A DNA stretch of 59,501 nucleotides, from IMG/VR virus record IMGVR_UViG_3300023179_005665, positions 1 through 59,501 of that record; one strand, written 5' to 3'. The notes under the pieces were generated by a model that was not told the DNA's origin, searched no databases, and saw only the letters and a program-made list of their open reading frames with translations. The position numbers and the translations under genes are program-made. Every line of letters starts with the position of its first letter. Within the stretch, counting starts at the first letter, position 1. Below are positions 57,681 to 59,501 of this stretch, piece by piece. This DNA is from a virus (lineage: Duplodnaviria > Caudoviricetes).

Positions 57681-58472
57681 TTAGTCAACAAAAATCCCGT
57701 CAAACTCAGTTTTTAAAAACTGTCTGATTGGCTCTGCGTCTTTATCTTTTAAAAGAGCCTGTTGTAGTCTGTCCTGTTCCTTATTACGAAATTCTGGAAT
57801 GTCCGCACCAGCACTAAAAGCCCGTTCTGAACGAATAAGATTATATTTTATAAATGCTTTAAAATGACTATTATTTTTCCAAAAAAAAGGATCGTGTTCT
57901 TTAACCGCCATTGCAAAAGCAACTGAATAAATACTAAATTCTAATGCTCCAGACACAGCATTGGTTTTTTCTAATTGTCTACCTCTTTTACTATCATCTA
58001 TTGCACATTCTGCACCTAGAATGTAGCAAGTCCATTCATCAAATATGTATGTTGGGGTATCATCCCAATATTGTAATTGGTCTACTAAATATAACTTATA
58101 TCTTGACGATCTTAAAACTTCTGGTACATATGGACCGATATGTCTCATTTTTATTTTTGGATCATCAACTATAACAGCCTTACCATTTAAACAATATAAT
58201 ACATTAATAGGACTTTTAATAATTGGTCTGTATTGATTTCTTAATTCGCTATGTATTCCATGAGCAGTTTCATGAACATTGGTATATCTTCCATCATGAT
58301 CTCCATGAGGTTTTTGTTTAGAATGATTAAGAACATCACCATAAACACAGTTACTATCTATATTCCTATATTTAGGAACAATAATAAAATCTATACCATC
58401 ATCTGTGTCGTTAGCCATAAGAGGTTGGCTAAGTAAAATCGCCAATATGGTAATAAAAAATTTAATCATCAT
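57681..58472 (-). CDS. Secreted HExxH protein (putative metallopeptidase)
   Basis: Signal peptide; TNVHETAHGIH; downstream DEW. Confidence 0.6.
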   Translation of the reverse strand: MMIKFFITILAILLSQPLMANDTDDGIDFIIVPKYRNIDSNCVYGDVLNHSKQKPHGDHDGRYTNVHETAHGIHSELRNQYRPIIKSPINVLYCLNGKAVIVDDPKIKMRHIGPYVPEVLRSSRYKLYLVDQLQYWDDTPTYIFDEWTCYILGAECAIDDSKRGRQLEKTNAVSGALEFSIYSVAFAMAVKEHDPFFWKNNSHFKAFIKYNLIRSERAFSAGADIPEFRNKEQDRLQQALLKDKDAEPIRQFLKTEFDGIFVD

Positions 58473-58516
58473 AGTGTACCTCTTATCCCTAAGTAAAATA
58501 CACTATATGCTATATT

Positions 58517-58699
58517 TTACTCTTCATTTGGCAATATTAATGCCAACAATAGGTAAAGCCAAAACACCAAACTCCCTGTAAATATAGCACCTAATACAAA
58601 GAGGATTCTGACTAAAGATACGTCCAGATTAAGCCACTTGGCTATACCTCCACAAACCCCAAATAGCGAACGATCTTTAGATTTACTTAGTTTGTTCAT
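58517..58699 (-). CDS. pspC: PspC-domain membrane protein
   Basis: KLSKSKDRSLFGVCGGIAKWLNLDVSLVRILFV...YLLLALILP. Confidence 0.85.
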   Translation of the reverse strand: MNKLSKSKDRSLFGVCGGIAKWLNLDVSLVRILFVLGAIFTGSLVFWLYLLLALILPNEE

Positions 58700-58777
58700 A
58701 ATTTATACTTATTGGGTTATATCTATAAATTAGTAATGCTTGATATAGTCCCACAACTGGGATTAATTCTTCTATCA

Positions 58778-59062
58778 TTATTTATCCTTATTATCTAATG
58801 TAATTTTTGCAATAATATAATTGACCTTATCACTATCAACTAAATCTATACCAATAATCTTTCCACGACCCAAAAAGTTATGACCAATATGAATTAAAGG
58901 CCCACAATCAAAGTCTATATAACTTATAGCGTATTCGCTTTCGCCGCCAATTTTTGTGTTGTCTGAATCGCCTTCGATCAAAAACTGAGTATCGCTAATT
59001 TGAGTAAATGTTAATCGTTTCCCACTCTTACATTTTGGTGGACTAGACACAAACTGCCTCAC
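58778..59062 (-). CDS. Hypothetical protein
   Basis: IDFDCGPLIHIG motif similar to phage DFEGGP-type proteins. Confidence 0.5.
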   Translation of the reverse strand: MRQFVSSPPKCKSGKRLTFTQISDTQFLIEGDSDNTKIGGESEYAISYIDFDCGPLIHIGHNFLGRGKIIGIDLVDSDKVNYIIAKITLDNKDK

Positions 59063-59243
59063 TATCGAGAACTAAATCTTTATTATTTTCTGACGCTAGA
59101 TTTATAAGAACGTCTTTGAGTCTATGGTTTTCAATCTCTAATGTATTTATAATATTCTCTGCTTGAGTTAGTGCAAATTGTAGGTGTTTTACTTTATTTG
59201 CAAGTTCATCAGCCACATAACTATTCATACTTCTTACTACCAT
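59043..59243 (-). CDS. Small coiled-coil protein
   Basis: RBS GGAGG; heptads. Confidence 0.6.
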   Translation of the reverse strand: MVVRSMNSYVADELANKVKHLQFALTQAENIINTLEIENHRLKDVLINLASENNKDLVLDSEAVCV

Positions 59244-59292
59244 AGGTAAAACCTCCTTGAAAAAGAAGATGTGATGAACATAATATACACCA

Positions 59293-59478
59293 CTATGATC
59301 GTAGATCTAAGTCTGATAAAAAACTTTTAAGATCATTTAATTGGTTATGATCCAACACTATTTGATCAGCATATGGTTTTTTATTAACCAAAACCTGATA
59401 GCAATAACGCATCCTTTGCCAAAAAGAAAGTTTATATTCATAAGACGATCTATTTCCAAATATAGCAAAATCAGCCAT
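59293..59478 (-). CDS. Hypothetical protein (may extend beyond the window edge)
   Basis: SFWQRMRYCYQVL...KPYADQIVL; frame stays open to the window end. Confidence 0.55.
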   Translation of the reverse strand: MADFAIFGNRSSYEYKLSFWQRMRYCYQVLVNKKPYADQIVLDHNQLNDLKSFLSDLDLRS

Positions 59479-59501
59479 ATTTATTTCATAATCATATTCA
59501 A

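Noticed and set aside
2993-58436. Numerous short antisense and overlapping ORFs in the track (e.g. 4951..5250, 13039..13368, 14008..14409, 48284..48715, 50935..51396)
   Set aside because: They shadow well-supported genes on the other strand or frame and show no motifs
1-59501. Stop-codon reassignment
   Set aside because: Standard-code ORFs tile the window with intact domains; no suppressor tRNA was seen

Overview
AT-rich, gene-dense segment of a large tailed dsDNA phage read in the standard code. The host is possibly a Planctomycetota bacterium; this is inference from several protein families. 1-19.3 kb (minus strand) is a virion accessory module: duplicated Gly/Asn-rich beta-helix proteins, two long mosaic tail fibres, a trypsin-like protease and a circularly permuted FGE/C-type-lectin domain protein. 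19.3-33.6 kb holds a DeoC-like protein, a ClpP-like peptidase, a sigma factor, a PAP2 phosphatase, a degenerate bacterioferritin, GMP reductase, an NDT-like enzyme, a macro domain and a glycosyl/methyltransferase cluster. 33.8-40.6 kb is a plus-strand second glycosylation block. 40.6-59.5 kb holds subtilisins, trypsin, an actin-like ATPase, RuvB with a Zn-ribbon/RuvA-domain-III partner, a RepB-type primase, rIIA/rIIB, a kinase, HNH endonucleases, tRNA-Leu(UAA), a tRNA-like element and PspC. The most striking feature is an intergenic group I ribozyme at 6659-6926 (minus strand). It has a complete P3-P9 core, but its best P1/IGS/P10 lies downstream of the terminal G, which makes it a candidate natural circularly permuted group I intron predicted to circularise a 27-nt exon. 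All calls come from motif recognition and manual base pairing; no database search or folding program was run.
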